NCBI GenBank assembly: GCA_000165345.1
Contig: CM000436.1
Coordinates: 640,001-704,000 of the forward strand
DNA: 64,000 nucleotides
Direction: 5' to 3'
The translations under genes and the position numbers were made by a program. Shown piece by piece: positions 9,273 through 20,822 of this stretch. Position 1 is the first letter of the stretch, and every line of letters begins with the position of its first letter. The notes beneath the pieces were generated by a model. That model saw only the letters and a program-made list of their open reading frames with translations. It searched no databases and had not been told where the DNA came from.

Positions 9273-12200
9273 ATGATTACAAGCTTGGTGAGCAGAATAC
9301 TTGGAGGTTCTGGAAATGGATCGAGCTCTGGAATTACTACTGGAGATGATTCGTCTTTGAAAATTTCTGAAGAACACTCAATATACTGTGCAGCATCTTT
9401 AACAACTTTCTATAGGCCAAAAAGGCTGAAGATTGCTATATTAGACCATATTCCATGCGATTTAGATAGTTTAAGTATCGAGTTCTTTACGATTCAAAAG
9501 TCAGGAAATTTCAAAGAATTTATCATGTCACACATTCATGACACTAAAAAAATTAAAATTCCTCGGCAAACTTTGATAATGAATGGATATTCATTTTACA
9601 GCGTAATATCATCCTCGAAAACTGAAAATTGTCAAGAATGTGGTAATAATGTTTGTTCGTCTTTGGTTGTGGATTTTACTCGAAATGCAGATAATGGTGA
9701 ATCTACTTATTTGATTTTTCAAGGTGAGATCATTTTAAGGATTTATGATAGAAAGAATCGGCTCAATATTTATTCACTTGCAAGAGGAGGAAATATTGAT
9801 GACGTTATTCATATTACTAAGGATGATATTATACTTTCAATCCCTAGTTCATTTGTTCCATCTCAGTGTTTTAAGCTGGATCTTATCATGTATTCAGCTA
9901 TTGGTTGGGCTAGGCATGGTGAAATAAATCAAAACCATTCTACAAATACTGATTACTCTTCAACAAAGAAAGAAAATGTCATTTTAAATAAACAATTTTC
10001 TGTATCATTATCTCAAAATTTATCTATTTGTAATAATGAAGAAAGCCCGAAAAGAAATTCTAGCATAAGCAAAGAAGTGAACTCTAACGTTGGGAAGCCC
10101 TTGGACTTTGCTGTTTCAACAGAAATTGATTCTGATACAAATAAGGCAAGTAGCAATAAAGAAAGCAAAATTCATCCAATTGCCAAAGCTCTGAGCTCTT
10201 TAAAATCTGCAGAAATTAATGAGCAGGATGATTCCAACAATAAACCTGCGTCTATAGAAGAACCGGATTCTGCAAATGAGAAAACGTCAGATTCTAAACC
10301 AGAGATTTCTCCACTTGCTGCATTGCTAAGAGCAAAGGCTCCTCCATTACCATTACATATGAAATCTGGAATGAAGTCAAAGTCATGCCCTTTCAAGGGA
10401 ATTGGGAAGGATTCACAAGGTAAATCTATTGGTGACAAAAAGAAGGTTCTTCCATTAGGCAGAAGAATTCACTGGAAACCATTAACTGAAGAGATGGCTC
10501 AGAAAACAATATTTCGTGAAATCTTATATACCTCTCTAAGTTCTCATCCCCAGTCCCCTCCAGTATCCCCTTCAGACTCCAGTAATTTGAGTTCTCCATT
10601 AACTTCATCTGTTGAAGATTTTTACCCAGGTTTTGTAGATGATTCAAAGACAGGAACTACTTCTCCTATGTCAGATTCTGTTTCGCCAATTGCAATAACA
10701 GATATTCATATGGCAAATACTTTAGTTCATATGGAAACTTTATCTAGAGTATTTACAAAGCCTGGAAGTACCATGGGAGGTAAGGGAAAAGCTTTGGAAA
10801 ATTTAAATTCTAGAGAATCTAGTGGTGAGCCTAATAAAATTACAGCAAAAGGAAGCTCGGATGATCCAAATTCATTGAATCATAATCAATGTTTGACCTC
10901 TTCTGAACAAATCAATGGATCTTGCGGGAATAATGGTAATAGTGCCAAATTACCAAAGGATGACCAAAATAACCAATCCAATAATTCTTCATCTCAAAAA
11001 CAGCTACCTCTGACATTTTTATCACAAAAGAGAGCACAAAATATGGCGATAGTTTTAGCCAGATTGTCTGTGCCTACTGACTATATTATAGAGATATTAA
11101 ACTCTTTCAATATTTCAAGCCTAACTCTCGAAGATTATGAAAGGATCGAACAAGTTTTGCCAACAGAGATGGAATTAGAGAAAATTAACAGTAATCCAAA
11201 GAAAGAACTTCATCAATTGGAACAATTTCTAAGCAGGTTCTCTCATATTTCAAATCCAATGACGAGACTTCGTTTCCTTAAGTTTGAGCATATTCTTGAT
11301 GCATCGGAATTTGATATTCAAAGGAACTTAAATACTCTTTATTCAGCTTCAGTTCAAATTAGAAATTCTAACAAATTGAGATTAATTCTAAAAGCCTTCT
11401 TGTTACTGGGAAATTACGTAAATCATGGAATCAACTTTTCTACAATGAGTAATATATCTTCAATTTCCCACGTTGCTAATAATGGTTCTATTAACTGGTC
11501 TCTACTTGAAACCAAAGGGTTCTCACTATCATCACTATTAAGATTGGTTGAATTTAAGACAACTATTGATCCTTCATTTACTGCTCTTCATTATATCATA
11601 GCCAATTTATCTCTAACAAATCCAAATCTTAATTTAAACCAGTTTCCTTCAGACCTTCATGCAGTTTCAGAAGCATCCAAGATTTCAGTTGAAGCTTTAT
11701 TCACTTGTATTAATGATATGAGAAAAGAGCTTGCTATTTTGGAAGTAGAGAAGCAAAAATTTACCAATGACAGAGTTGAGAATCTTTTTGAATCATATTC
11801 AAGGCGTCTAGATGCTTTTGTTGAAGGATATCATAGAATTGTTGAAAAAGTCGTTGATACTGCATTATATTTTGGTCAGAACTTACCAGAAGGAAACAGA
11901 GCATCCATAATTCAACCATTTTTTGAAACCATGAATATTTTTATCTTACAATTTTCATCATGTTGCAAAGAAATCCGAGAAAAGCCATCAAGATTCTCTC
12001 CTTTGCTTGTTGATTCTTCTTTGGTTTTCCCAAATGATAAGAGTTTAAGCTCTTCAACCTCAAGTTTAATGTGTGTCCCATCAAAGATGAATTCCACAAG
12101 TACTAATTCAACATCATCCACAAATTTGGCTGAAAACTCTCCAAACACATCATTGATCAAAATCCCAGATATCCCCGATTCAAATTCCCTGGAGAAATTA

Positions 12201-12437
12201 GATAATGATGCCTTAGATAAAAGAGAAATTCAGCCTCAATTAGAGTTAGTTTCAAAGAACTACCAATCTAAAGAACCATTCTCTTCTAACATTATGAATA
12301 ATAAAAAGAAAAAGGAAACTGGCGGTCTTATTTTTATCCAATCCTCAAGAAATAATAATGCTATAAAACTACCTACTAGGCTTCCACCACCTCCACCACC
12401 TCCTATATCCCCGTCGCCTCCTACCTCTAAGGATTAA
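9273..12437 (+). CDS. Formin (FH2 domain protein) with a proline-rich C-terminus
   Basis: ATG at 9273. FH2 entry motif RRIHWKPLTEEMAQKTIFREI; RAQNMAIVLARLSVPTDYIIEILN...LPTEMELEKI; and LKAFLLLGNYVNHG (the GNYMN motif). The C-terminal tail is PPPPPPPISPSPP. Confidence 0.75.
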   Translation: MITSLVSRILGGSGNGSSSGITTGDDSSLKISEEHSIYCAASLTTFYRPKRLKIAILDHIPCDLDSLSIEFFTIQKSGNFKEFIMSHIHDTKKIKIPRQTLIMNGYSFYSVISSSKTENCQECGNNVCSSLVVDFTRNADNGESTYLIFQGEIILRIYDRKNRLNIYSLARGGNIDDVIHITKDDIILSIPSSFVPSQCFKLDLIMYSAIGWARHGEINQNHSTNTDYSSTKKENVILNKQFSVSLSQNLSICNNEESPKRNSSISKEVNSNVGKPLDFAVSTEIDSDTNKASSNKESKIHPIAKALSSLKSAEINEQDDSNNKPASIEEPDSANEKTSDSKPEISPLAALLRAKAPPLPLHMKSGMKSKSCPFKGIGKDSQGKSIGDKKKVLPLGRRIHWKPLTEEMAQKTIFREILYTSLSSHPQSPPVSPSDSSNLSSPLTSSVEDFYPGFVDDSKTGTTSPMSDSVSPIAITDIHMANTLVHMETLSRVFTKPGSTMGGKGKALENLNSRESSGEPNKITAKGSSDDPNSLNHNQCLTSSEQINGSCGNNGNSAKLPKDDQNNQSNNSSSQKQLPLTFLSQKRAQNMAIVLARLSVPTDYIIEILNSFNISSLTLEDYERIEQVLPTEMELEKINSNPKKELHQLEQFLSRFSHISNPMTRLRFLKFEHILDASEFDIQRNLNTLYSASVQIRNSNKLRLILKAFLLLGNYVNHGINFSTMSNISSISHVANNGSINWSLLETKGFSLSSLLRLVEFKTTIDPSFTALHYIIANLSLTNPNLNLNQFPSDLHAVSEASKISVEALFTCINDMRKELAILEVEKQKFTNDRVENLFESYSRRLDAFVEGYHRIVEKVVDTALYFGQNLPEGNRASIIQPFFETMNIFILQFSSCCKEIREKPSRFSPLLVDSSLVFPNDKSLSSSTSSLMCVPSKMNSTSTNSTSSTNLAENSPNTSLIKIPDIPDSNSLEKLDNDALDKREIQPQLELVSKNYQSKEPFSSNIMNNKKKKETGGLIFIQSSRNNNAIKLPTRLPPPPPPPISPSPPTSKD

Positions 12438-12790
12438 AATGTAAACAAGTTATTTTTAACATTTACTAACTACCATGAATTGAACTAAAACAATAAAGAT
12501 CAGAGGAAGAGGGGAATAGAAGAAACCGATCAGGTTTTAGAACCCCATATCTTCTTATTCTCAAGTCTTTTTTGGCACTATCAAGGTCTTAGCTTGTCCA
12601 AAGCTGATTTTTCCTTTTAAAAGGTTTCCTTATTTTATAAGTTAGCTAATTTTACCTAGTAGAATTCAATGAAATTCCTTAATACTTATTATAAATAATT
12701 ATTTTTTTCACTTAACTTTTTCTCTAAACTACACATATAATTAATAAAATACAATTTTAAAAATAAATTTAAAGTTGAAAAAAAACATGT

Positions 12791-12802
12791 TTTGGCGGGA
12801 AA
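12791..12802 (+). promoter_or_regulatory. E2F/DP-like box TTTGGCGGGAAA, 52 bp upstream of the SAP-protein ATG
   Basis: Exact match to the canonical E2F consensus TTTSGCGCS/TTTGGCGGGAAA in an AT-rich spacer. Confidence 0.55.
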
Positions 12803-12853
12803 TCCCACTGAATGTTAATAAACTGAATGAATGAAATAATTAAGTAGGTAGAG

Positions 12854-14083
12854 ATGAACGGAAATTACCATCAAGAAAGGAGTCGTTTGATTCAACAACA
12901 TAAGGAGGAGATTAAGTCAATAGAGAAGGAAATTAAATCAAAGAGAGGGACTTTAAAGGAGCAATACCAAAGACAGTTAGAGGAGGCACAGAAAAGACAT
13001 GAGGATGAAATGAAAGAATTTGAATCAAAATATGGTAACAGTGAAGAAAAGACAAAAAAGGGAGCCAAACCAGCTTCTTCGTCATTTTCTTTAGGGGGAG
13101 AAGAGAAATGCAATTCTGAAAAAACAGTCCTATATGAGGAAAGACAATGGAACAGTTTAAGTAAGTCAGAGCTAGAGGCAGAATGTAAGCTGAGGGGCTT
13201 GAATTCAAAAGGTAGTAAGGAGGATTTGGTGACTAGACTTTTCATATTTACTGCAGATCAGAAATCAAAGCTAAGCAAGATATCTCAAAATGATCAAGAT
13301 AGTATTAAATTGGTTGAATCTAGAGGGAAAACAAGTGGTCAATTGGAGTCATCTTCAATAAAGAAATTCACAATGGTCTCAAGTACAAACAAATTTACTC
13401 CACCTGAAATTAACTACTCAGAGGCAGGAGGAACTGGCAGAAGAAAGGGAAGATCTCAGAACAGAAAGGTTGATCATAGAAAGAATGCAAAACCAGGACA
13501 AAATTCTTGGGCAGCTTTCTGTGCCAGAAATGATATACCAAGAAAGAAGAATGCTGATTTGAACATTCATGAAAATTCTAATTCTGAGAGTTCTGATGAC
13601 GAGGAGAATGAGAAAGAAAAACAATCTTCTTCGGAAGGAAGTCATTCTGAAGGCGAAAGTTCTGTTGAAAACAGTGAAAGTGGATCATCGGAATCAGACT
13701 CTGATTCTGAAGATATTGATGAGGAGGAGCTTGCAAAAAGAAATAAAAGAAGAGCAGTTATGGTTAAGGTACTAGAGAAGATGTTTTCAAGCATCACAAT
13801 TAATGAGAAGAAAAATGGCTTAAAACTTTCAGAAATACAAGGACAATTAACTAGACTTAATGTTAAGAATTTTAAGCCAGAGCTTCTTGGATATAAATCT
13901 GTGGAAGATTGGGTGTCTTCTCAACCTAAGACTGTTTTAACTTATGATGAAGGCAACCAGCTTATTTTCCCTCCTGGATACAAAATTCCGGCTTCAAGTA
14001 AAAGCAAGAAAGAAGACCCGTACTATGTAGATTCCTTAAGTGAAAAAGAGGAAGAAAAAAGTGATGATGATTTCTTCATGTAG
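12854..14083 (+). CDS. SAP-domain protein, acidic and Ser-rich, probably nuclear
   Basis: ATG at 12854. SAP motif LSKSELEAECKLRGLNSKGSKEDLVTRL, followed by an acidic Ser/Glu/Asp tract (SESSDDEENEKEKQSSSEGSHSEGESS...DSDSEDIDEEE). Confidence 0.55.
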   Translation: MNGNYHQERSRLIQQHKEEIKSIEKEIKSKRGTLKEQYQRQLEEAQKRHEDEMKEFESKYGNSEEKTKKGAKPASSSFSLGGEEKCNSEKTVLYEERQWNSLSKSELEAECKLRGLNSKGSKEDLVTRLFIFTADQKSKLSKISQNDQDSIKLVESRGKTSGQLESSSIKKFTMVSSTNKFTPPEINYSEAGGTGRRKGRSQNRKVDHRKNAKPGQNSWAAFCARNDIPRKKNADLNIHENSNSESSDDEENEKEKQSSSEGSHSEGESSVENSESGSSESDSDSEDIDEEELAKRNKRRAVMVKVLEKMFSSITINEKKNGLKLSEIQGQLTRLNVKNFKPELLGYKSVEDWVSSQPKTVLTYDEGNQLIFPPGYKIPASSKSKKEDPYYVDSLSEKEEEKSDDDFFM

Positions 14084-14618
14084 TTTAGTTTAAGACACTG
14101 ATTAGAAGTCTTGCTTACTCATTGTAGGCATTTATTTATATTTAATTTCCTTCTCATTTATATATAAATAATTCTCTAAAAATATATTTATTGTTCCATC
14201 AAGCCCTTTAATTGAAAAAAGAAAAATTTTGGGAAGAAATCTCCAAACAATTTTGCAATCAAATTAATCGCCAAAAGAGGAAATATTTTCGGAATTTATT
14301 TGCATGCAAAATGTTTGCATTCCGGTATGGAAAAATTAAAATTATGAAAACCTGCTAAATTCCAGGTCGTTAGGAATTTGGCGCGCAATTTGCCCACAAA
14401 AAACTGTAAAAAAAAAATATGTAATTAAAAAGATTGGGAAAAAGTAGAAAATTTGGTTTTTTTTTTCGTAGAAATTGCAAATAATTAGGGTTTCAGGGAA
14501 ACTTAAAAGTATTTTTTGAGGAGTTGGAATAAGAAGGGTATGTTTCAGTTTCCCGGGTTCATTTCAAGGTTTAAGTGGAATAAAGGAAACGAGGCCAGAA
14601 AATAAGAAACTAAATTTG

Positions 14619-16403
14619 ATGTTTCTTTCAACAATTAACAGGCTAAGGGAGGAGCAGGAAAAAAGCAATTCTTTAAGAACTTATAGTAGAGCTGATGCGG
14701 CAAAATTGACACTACTTAATATTGGAGAGGAAGAAGAGGGAGGAAGAAGTAGCGATGAGAGAGGTAGTAAGCGTGTGATTAGATCTTCAAAAAAGTCAGA
14801 TAGAGGAAAGAATAGGTTTTCTAGTTCTAATAATGACGAACAAAATTTCTCAGATATTCCTAAAAGTAAAGGTCCAAATAAAGTTGTAAGCGATGGTAAA
14901 AAGATTTCATCCTTTCAACAAATTCTAAATATTGCAATGACTTCCAATAACGTCTTAAAGAGTTCAAATCGGAAGAAAACAGTAAATAGAGAAATCCATT
15001 CAAATAAGCTCATTCCTCCAAGTTCTTACTATGATTCCATTGAGAGTTCTCCAAATTCCAGTTATAATAGTGACGAACAGAGAAGCCAAGAAGGAAGTCA
15101 AGAGACTTGTGAAGATACTGAAGATGAGAAAAACTCTCCTAAGATTAATTTTGTTCGAGTAATTTGTAACGGGAAAGTGAGTGATAATAATAAAAGTACC
15201 ATAAGTAGAACAACCTCCAGTATGGAGAAAAATGAGAAGAAGAAAGAGAAGGAAAATAGCAGAATGAGTTCTAAACCAAATAGAAGATCAAAAAGAAGTG
15301 ATTTAGATAATGTTACAAATTTAGAATCTGCCTCCAAGCCTTCTAAGATCAAGAAGATTACTAAGAAGGATATTGGACAGTCGCTGAAAGAATCTGAGCA
15401 AGTATTGGATAATAACGAGGAAAGTAAGAGTAAAGATAAAAGCAAAACTGAGGAAAGTCTTGGAAAAAGAAAGACGATTGATTCTAAGATTAAGAAGACA
15501 GTAGCTAATACCCCTAAACATGTAAAGAAACGTGAGAAGGTAGATACAAATCCAGGAGCTGCTATTCAGAACTCAGGAGAGAAGCCTGAAACTTACAAAC
15601 AAAATATTTTGACTTTAAAAGCCAAAAATAACTTAATTAAAAAGAGATTTAAGGAACAAATTGATGATGACTTCTTTAGTAATATTCTGGTTTTAACACC
15701 CAGTAGCTCAAGCTCTAGAAAGCCTAGAAAGAGCTTGAACTTTGAGCAGAGTCCCAGTCTAACTATTTTTAGTCCTGATATTTTGGATGCTAGGCTATTA
15801 AAGACAGGCCTTACCCCTGTGAATAATAAGGAATTATCTAGCTCTGGAATGGCCAATAATAAAGTTTCCAAACGCAAAGAACTCGCAAAGAAAGGTTTAG
15901 AATCATTGCACTTATCACCTTTAAGTTCATGTTTAAAGGAAATTGCAAGTGGAGAAGACACAAATCGAAACTCATCATATTCAAAGAGCTCTGCATCAAA
16001 GTCAATTGGCGATATACTCGGCGGTTTAGAAAGTACGACTGGATCCAAAGCTGGAAGACTTGGAAGGCTTTGTTGTGAGAAACAAAACAAATTTGTAATG
16101 CAAATACACGAGAAACTAACGTGCGGAAACTTCGGTGATGAAAATAAATCAGAGCAGAATCCCTCTTTACAAAGCAAGAAGAGTAGAACAAGTACTGATA
16201 AGTTCAAAGCACCCAAAGGTTCTTTGGATCTAAAAATGAATCTTGACTCTGTATTGGATCAAGAAATGGAAAATAACACTAGAATTGCTGATCAAGAAAA
16301 GCAGCAGGAACTTTTGTGGAGTATTACAGAAGATTCTTCTATTCAAAATGAAGACAGAAACCTTCTTGTGGAAGAACTGATTGCTCATACCAGCAATCAA
16401 TAA
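14619..16403 (+). CDS. Hypothetical Lys/Ser-rich low-complexity protein
   Basis: Long ORF with an ATG at 14619 (track start 14616 is TTG). Basic K/S-rich composition; no recognisable domain. Confidence 0.45.
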   Translation: MFLSTINRLREEQEKSNSLRTYSRADAAKLTLLNIGEEEEGGRSSDERGSKRVIRSSKKSDRGKNRFSSSNNDEQNFSDIPKSKGPNKVVSDGKKISSFQQILNIAMTSNNVLKSSNRKKTVNREIHSNKLIPPSSYYDSIESSPNSSYNSDEQRSQEGSQETCEDTEDEKNSPKINFVRVICNGKVSDNNKSTISRTTSSMEKNEKKKEKENSRMSSKPNRRSKRSDLDNVTNLESASKPSKIKKITKKDIGQSLKESEQVLDNNEESKSKDKSKTEESLGKRKTIDSKIKKTVANTPKHVKKREKVDTNPGAAIQNSGEKPETYKQNILTLKAKNNLIKKRFKEQIDDDFFSNILVLTPSSSSSRKPRKSLNFEQSPSLTIFSPDILDARLLKTGLTPVNNKELSSSGMANNKVSKRKELAKKGLESLHLSPLSSCLKEIASGEDTNRNSSYSKSSASKSIGDILGGLESTTGSKAGRLGRLCCEKQNKFVMQIHEKLTCGNFGDENKSEQNPSLQSKKSRTSTDKFKAPKGSLDLKMNLDSVLDQEMENNTRIADQEKQQELLWSITEDSSIQNEDRNLLVEELIAHTSNQ

Positions 16404-16592
16404 AAATAGTTATTAGTTCGTCCAAGTTAGTGGCTAAAAAGAAAGCCAGTTTAAAATTCACTTTTTTGTTACTTTCCATAATCTGAACATTCCAGATGTT
16501 CATTTTGATTAAAAAAAACAGAAATAATCATAAAAGAATTTATGATACTATTTATATATCATTTTAAATTAAATAGATTTATTTGAAATAAA

Positions 16593-17336
16593 TTAGACTA
16601 GAGACTTAATCTCATTATTATTACTGACATTGTTGTCTGTAGAGTTCCCTCCTATAGATTTGGAGCTAGATCCCAACGTAACAGGTTTCTCGTTTGATGC
16701 AGAATTCTTGCTTCCAGAAAGCTTGTATCCTTCGCCTCCAAATGGAACAAATCCTCCAGAAGAGCCAATGTTCGATCCAGTGAATGGATTTGACATGCTT
16801 GCTCTATCGTTTGTCATCTCAATTGGTCCATTATTCATATTTGAGTGGCTTGAAGGACCATTATTTGCATTAGACGTTGCTGTACCAAATATATAAGCTC
16901 CTGTAGTACCAGTAATAAGTGGAGAGCATAACATAAGTTCTTTAAATAATTGCCAAGAAATTCGAGTGCAAGCTGCTAGAACCAAAGCATTGACTGCAAA
17001 AAGAGTACAAGCTGCTATACTTAAAGGTGACCCAGCAATAGAAAGTGAAACTGCAAAGTAAATAGTACAGAAAAGAGTTCCTAAAGCCGATATAAATATA
17101 TACATTTGCAATATTGGAGGTCTATATGCATTAGCATCCTTAACTGAAATATATGCCAAAATTATAGAGAAAACCTGTAATAAAACCCAGACTGTTCCAC
17201 CGGTTGGGACCAAAACAAACAATATTATAAGGGTCATAAACTCAATTATCAATAGGAACTTGAGCTGCCTTGCATATTTTCGACATTTCTCGGAAGGAGG
17301 AACTGAATATAAACCCGACGATCCAAAACTACACAT
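16593..17336 (-). CDS. Four-pass membrane protein with a G/S/N-rich C-terminal tail
   Basis: ATG at 17336 (track start 17351 is GTG). Four hydrophobic segments: FLLIIEFMTLIILFVLV, VWVLLQVFSIILAYISV, ILQMYIFISALGTLFCTIYFAV, LSIAACTLFAVNALVLAAC. Confidence 0.5.
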   Translation of the reverse strand: MCSFGSSGLYSVPPSEKCRKYARQLKFLLIIEFMTLIILFVLVPTGGTVWVLLQVFSIILAYISVKDANAYRPPILQMYIFISALGTLFCTIYFAVSLSIAGSPLSIAACTLFAVNALVLAACTRISWQLFKELMLCSPLITGTTGAYIFGTATSNANNGPSSHSNMNNGPIEMTNDRASMSNPFTGSNIGSSGGFVPFGGEGYKLSGSKNSASNEKPVTLGSSSKSIGGNSTDNNVSNNNEIKSLV

Positions 17337-18429
17337 TTGTTCAATATTCACTGTATAATGTGCTCAACAAAATTCTTTTCTTAAAGTTTAGTATAATGCT
17401 GACAGAAGAAATATACGAGAATTAATATTATTGAAAATGATTTGAATTTATTTTAAAAGCACTTTAAACTTAACGGAGTTAAATATTCAAAATTACAATA
17501 TTTTTCTCAAATTTAGAACAGCTCTTCAAAAATGTTGGTTCACTTTCCCCGTTTTTGAAAATATACTGGATGATTTTCAATAAGACTTTAACTATATTTC
17601 CTCGTCCAAAAAAAAATTACTCAAAGGAAATGAGCTTGAAATGAAAATATGTCAAAAAAATGTACCTTTTATGCCACAGTTTGCTCAAATAATCTGCAGT
17701 TATATTCGCTAATGTCCTATTAGAATTGTATTGTTGACATACTAATTCCAATTATTTTTGATTCCATTCACATATTGTGCTAAAGTATTATTAATCCATT
17801 AAATATTAGGTAAAGCCCGCTCAACGTAATTGGCGGGAACCATATGAATTAATTATATTTTTAATATAATAAATAACCAAGTAAATGCATTAATAGTTAA
17901 GTCGATATCGTTTGATAAAAATAAAATGATTTTTATGACAACATGAATAAATACATATATTCTTATGATCGCATGAACAATTAGAATGCATAGGGGGGAG
18001 GGAAGTAGTTAGATGAAAGTTTCTTAGAAACGCGTTGAATTTCAGCAGTATACTTGATGGAAATTATGAAATAAACTTAGCAAACTATTTATGAAATCCA
18101 CTTGTGTAGAAAAGAGTTGTGGGAAGATGAATATTGTAGCTAAATGAATTCTAGAGTGAAATTTGGAGAGCTAGGAGTGTTAATATTACTAATCAGGAAT
18201 AAGGAACACAATAAAAAAAAAAAGCATTCCATACTTTGGCATTTAATAGCTTCTATTCATCATTTGAATATTATGCTTATTATCCAAGGATAACTCTTCA
18301 AATTCCTTGTTAGTTAACAAAATTATTTATTCATTAATTTGAAATCAAAACAATTAAATATTTATTTAAGGGTTAGTTATAGGAGCAATAACTCTTCATT
18401 ATAAATATCTAATTTGAATCAATATTGCC

Positions 18430-20169
18430 TTAATCAGCAGCTCCAACAGTTTGAATACCACTCTTACCACTTTCTTTAATAGCAATATACCTACTACCTT
18501 TACTTTCTAGCCTATCATCTCCGGATGCTTCAGATTCTTCAGTTTCTTCATCATCATCAAAAATTAATTTACCTTCTTGAGAGTTGCTCGAGGTAATACC
18601 TTTTAAAGACTTTCTTTCTTTGAAAGGTACTTTTGATTCAACTTTAGCAGTGAATTTTAGAGTATCAAATTCAGTAGTAGGTAAATGCTCTGATTCATAT
18701 TCAGTATTTTGAGTAATAAAAACCTCGCTAGGACCTTGTGTTTCAGTTGAAGTAATAGAAGGCTCAATATTTGTTTCAACAACAGTAGAATTCACTAGTC
18801 TCTGGGTTGCCTTTGATAACTTTTCTAGATTGCTCTTTTCAATTACAAATTGGCCATAAACTTGAGGAATTCCTTGCCATCTAATGAAGTAATAATAAAC
18901 AGCGGCAATAACATAGTCCATTTCGTTCCACTTTCTTGTATTATACTTGATATTTGTTAAAGTACAGTATCTGGTTTTTTCAACAGAATGAACCCAAGTC
19001 TTTAAAGGAGATTTCTTCCAAAGTGAGTCTGGATACTGCTTCCATGCTGCTCTAGTCATTGGTTTCTTCTTTTTTTCTCCTCCATATGTTTGTTTCCCAA
19101 AATCTAGAAAACGGAAGATTTTCTGCTTTAAATCTCTAAACCATTTCTTAATACCATTTTCCTTGTAATTTGATCTTTCTACATTACCAAGAAGATATTG
19201 TAATTGCCTTTCATAGAGAATTACTGAGAGACCAAAAAGTCCTTCAGGAGAAAGTAATAAATTGGGTGAAAGTTTCTCTAGAGCTTCAGATGAAAGCTCA
19301 TACTTTTGTAACTCAATATGTTCATAAATATTTCCAAGATACTCAATTGAAGAAGGAATTCTCTCCAGATTTACAGCATTCTCATTATTGCCTTCCTCTG
19401 GTGGTAAAGTCGTACTTTCGGAATGTATTTTCCATCCAGGTTCACAGTAAACAACATTGGGATTTCCAATACCTTTACATCTTTCTTTAGAAAAGCATCT
19501 TCCTTGAAAGAAGTCTCTCAAAAATGGCTTAATTTCACAATTTGGACAGTAATACTTCTTCTGAAAAGCTGATAAGGTATTTTTTCCACTATAACCTTTA
19601 CGTTTTCCTCTAAACTCGATATATTTTCTAATAACAGCCAATGGATATAAATCATATAATGCAACTTTATCCAATGGAATATTTAGCACTTTACTTTCCT
19701 GTCTTGTGATCCAAGATCTTATTTGAGAAACTGTTACTACAGGATGTTGATATGAATATAGTGGACCCCAAGGAAATAATGGCTGGCTATCCAGATCTTT
19801 TGGTTGTCCATTAAAGTTTCTCATACTAGACAAAGAGAAGAAATAAAGCATGATTGAAGTCATTGTAATTGTCTCTCCATCTGCTCCTGTTAAATCTATG
19901 CTAGTACTTGTTGGCACTCCATTTGTATAGTTTGGATCCTCTGGATTAAGTGGGTAAAACAAGCTTGATAATACTTGTGGTACAGTTCCTCTCTTCATTG
20001 TTGTCATGGAGAGATAAATATTCTCTCCAATAGTACCTGCTAAGCTTCCAAACAATGTCACACCTGCTCCAGCAATGAGTGCAACATCCACTGATCCTAA
20101 TGATCCACCAGATACTAACACAGCTAATAGCCCAATTACAAAGCACAATAAAATTACTTTTCCTTTCAT
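18430..20169 (-). CDS. Secreted protein, member A of a three-gene tandem paralogue family
   Basis: ATG at 20169. Signal peptide MKGKVILLCFVIGLLAVLVSG. Shares motifs with the next two genes: MTTMKRGTVPQVLSS, DGETI, LFPWGPL, ILYERQLQYL, AAWKQYPDSLWKKSP, GIPQVYGQFV. Confidence 0.65.
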   Translation of the reverse strand: MKGKVILLCFVIGLLAVLVSGGSLGSVDVALIAGAGVTLFGSLAGTIGENIYLSMTTMKRGTVPQVLSSLFYPLNPEDPNYTNGVPTSTSIDLTGADGETITMTSIMLYFFSLSSMRNFNGQPKDLDSQPLFPWGPLYSYQHPVVTVSQIRSWITRQESKVLNIPLDKVALYDLYPLAVIRKYIEFRGKRKGYSGKNTLSAFQKKYYCPNCEIKPFLRDFFQGRCFSKERCKGIGNPNVVYCEPGWKIHSESTTLPPEEGNNENAVNLERIPSSIEYLGNIYEHIELQKYELSSEALEKLSPNLLLSPEGLFGLSVILYERQLQYLLGNVERSNYKENGIKKWFRDLKQKIFRFLDFGKQTYGGEKKKKPMTRAAWKQYPDSLWKKSPLKTWVHSVEKTRYCTLTNIKYNTRKWNEMDYVIAAVYYYFIRWQGIPQVYGQFVIEKSNLEKLSKATQRLVNSTVVETNIEPSITSTETQGPSEVFITQNTEYESEHLPTTEFDTLKFTAKVESKVPFKERKSLKGITSSNSQEGKLIFDDDEETEESEASGDDRLESKGSRYIAIKESGKSGIQTVGAAD

Positions 20170-20760
20170 TCTAATATTTCCTTATAACTCAAGTTGTACT
20201 TTCTTTTTACAAAATTACTTATATTTTAATATTGCTCTTTTAGAAGTTCCTTTGTAATCAATCTATGCTTTAAATATATGTATATGCATAAATACAAATA
20301 TTAACTTTAATTTGTGTAAGCAATAAAATGCAGCTTCTAGTGTAAACCCCACTAATTTCTTTCTTAATTCCTTTCAAAAATTTTATTCTAATGTCTCCAT
20401 TAATATTCGCTCGTTATCATCTATTATATAATTTTTACTATTTATTGTCTATTTAATACATTGCATTTATGCATTTTTTTAATTCGATACCTATTAATTA
20501 ATTTAACAGGTTTATCTACCCCTCCTTTCTTTGTTATACTTAATTTCAACGCATTTATTTATTTTGCACATAATAACTTACATTAGCTATAAGCTTGACA
20601 AAATTTATGTCAAGTCTATTGTTAATTTTAGATTAAAACTTCATTCTTATTCAAATATAATTAACAGTCATTTCTTTAATTCATTAACTCGAAATAATTA
20701 AATGGGACTAACCGCCTATTTTCCCGCCTAATGTAATTTCTGTTAGAAGTGCATGTAATG

Positions 20761-20774
20761 GGGGGAGGGGAAGG
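20761..20774 (+). promoter_or_regulatory. G-box GGGGGAGGGGAAGG; a near-identical copy lies at 17994-18006
   Basis: Isolated G-run in an AT-rich spacer. A G-box (GGGG core) is a described Cryptosporidium upstream motif class (established knowledge; not searched here). Confidence 0.4.
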
Positions 20775-20822
20775 AGTATGTTAATACTTTGAATTATTAA
20801 TATTATATCTCATGATTAAAAA

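Noticed and set aside
12892-13245. Antisense ORFs inside long genes (12892..13245, 15593..16216, 41602..41961 and similar)
   Set aside because: They lie within, and opposite to, much longer ORFs that carry recognisable domains. Their low-complexity translations reflect the repetitive sense-strand sequence.
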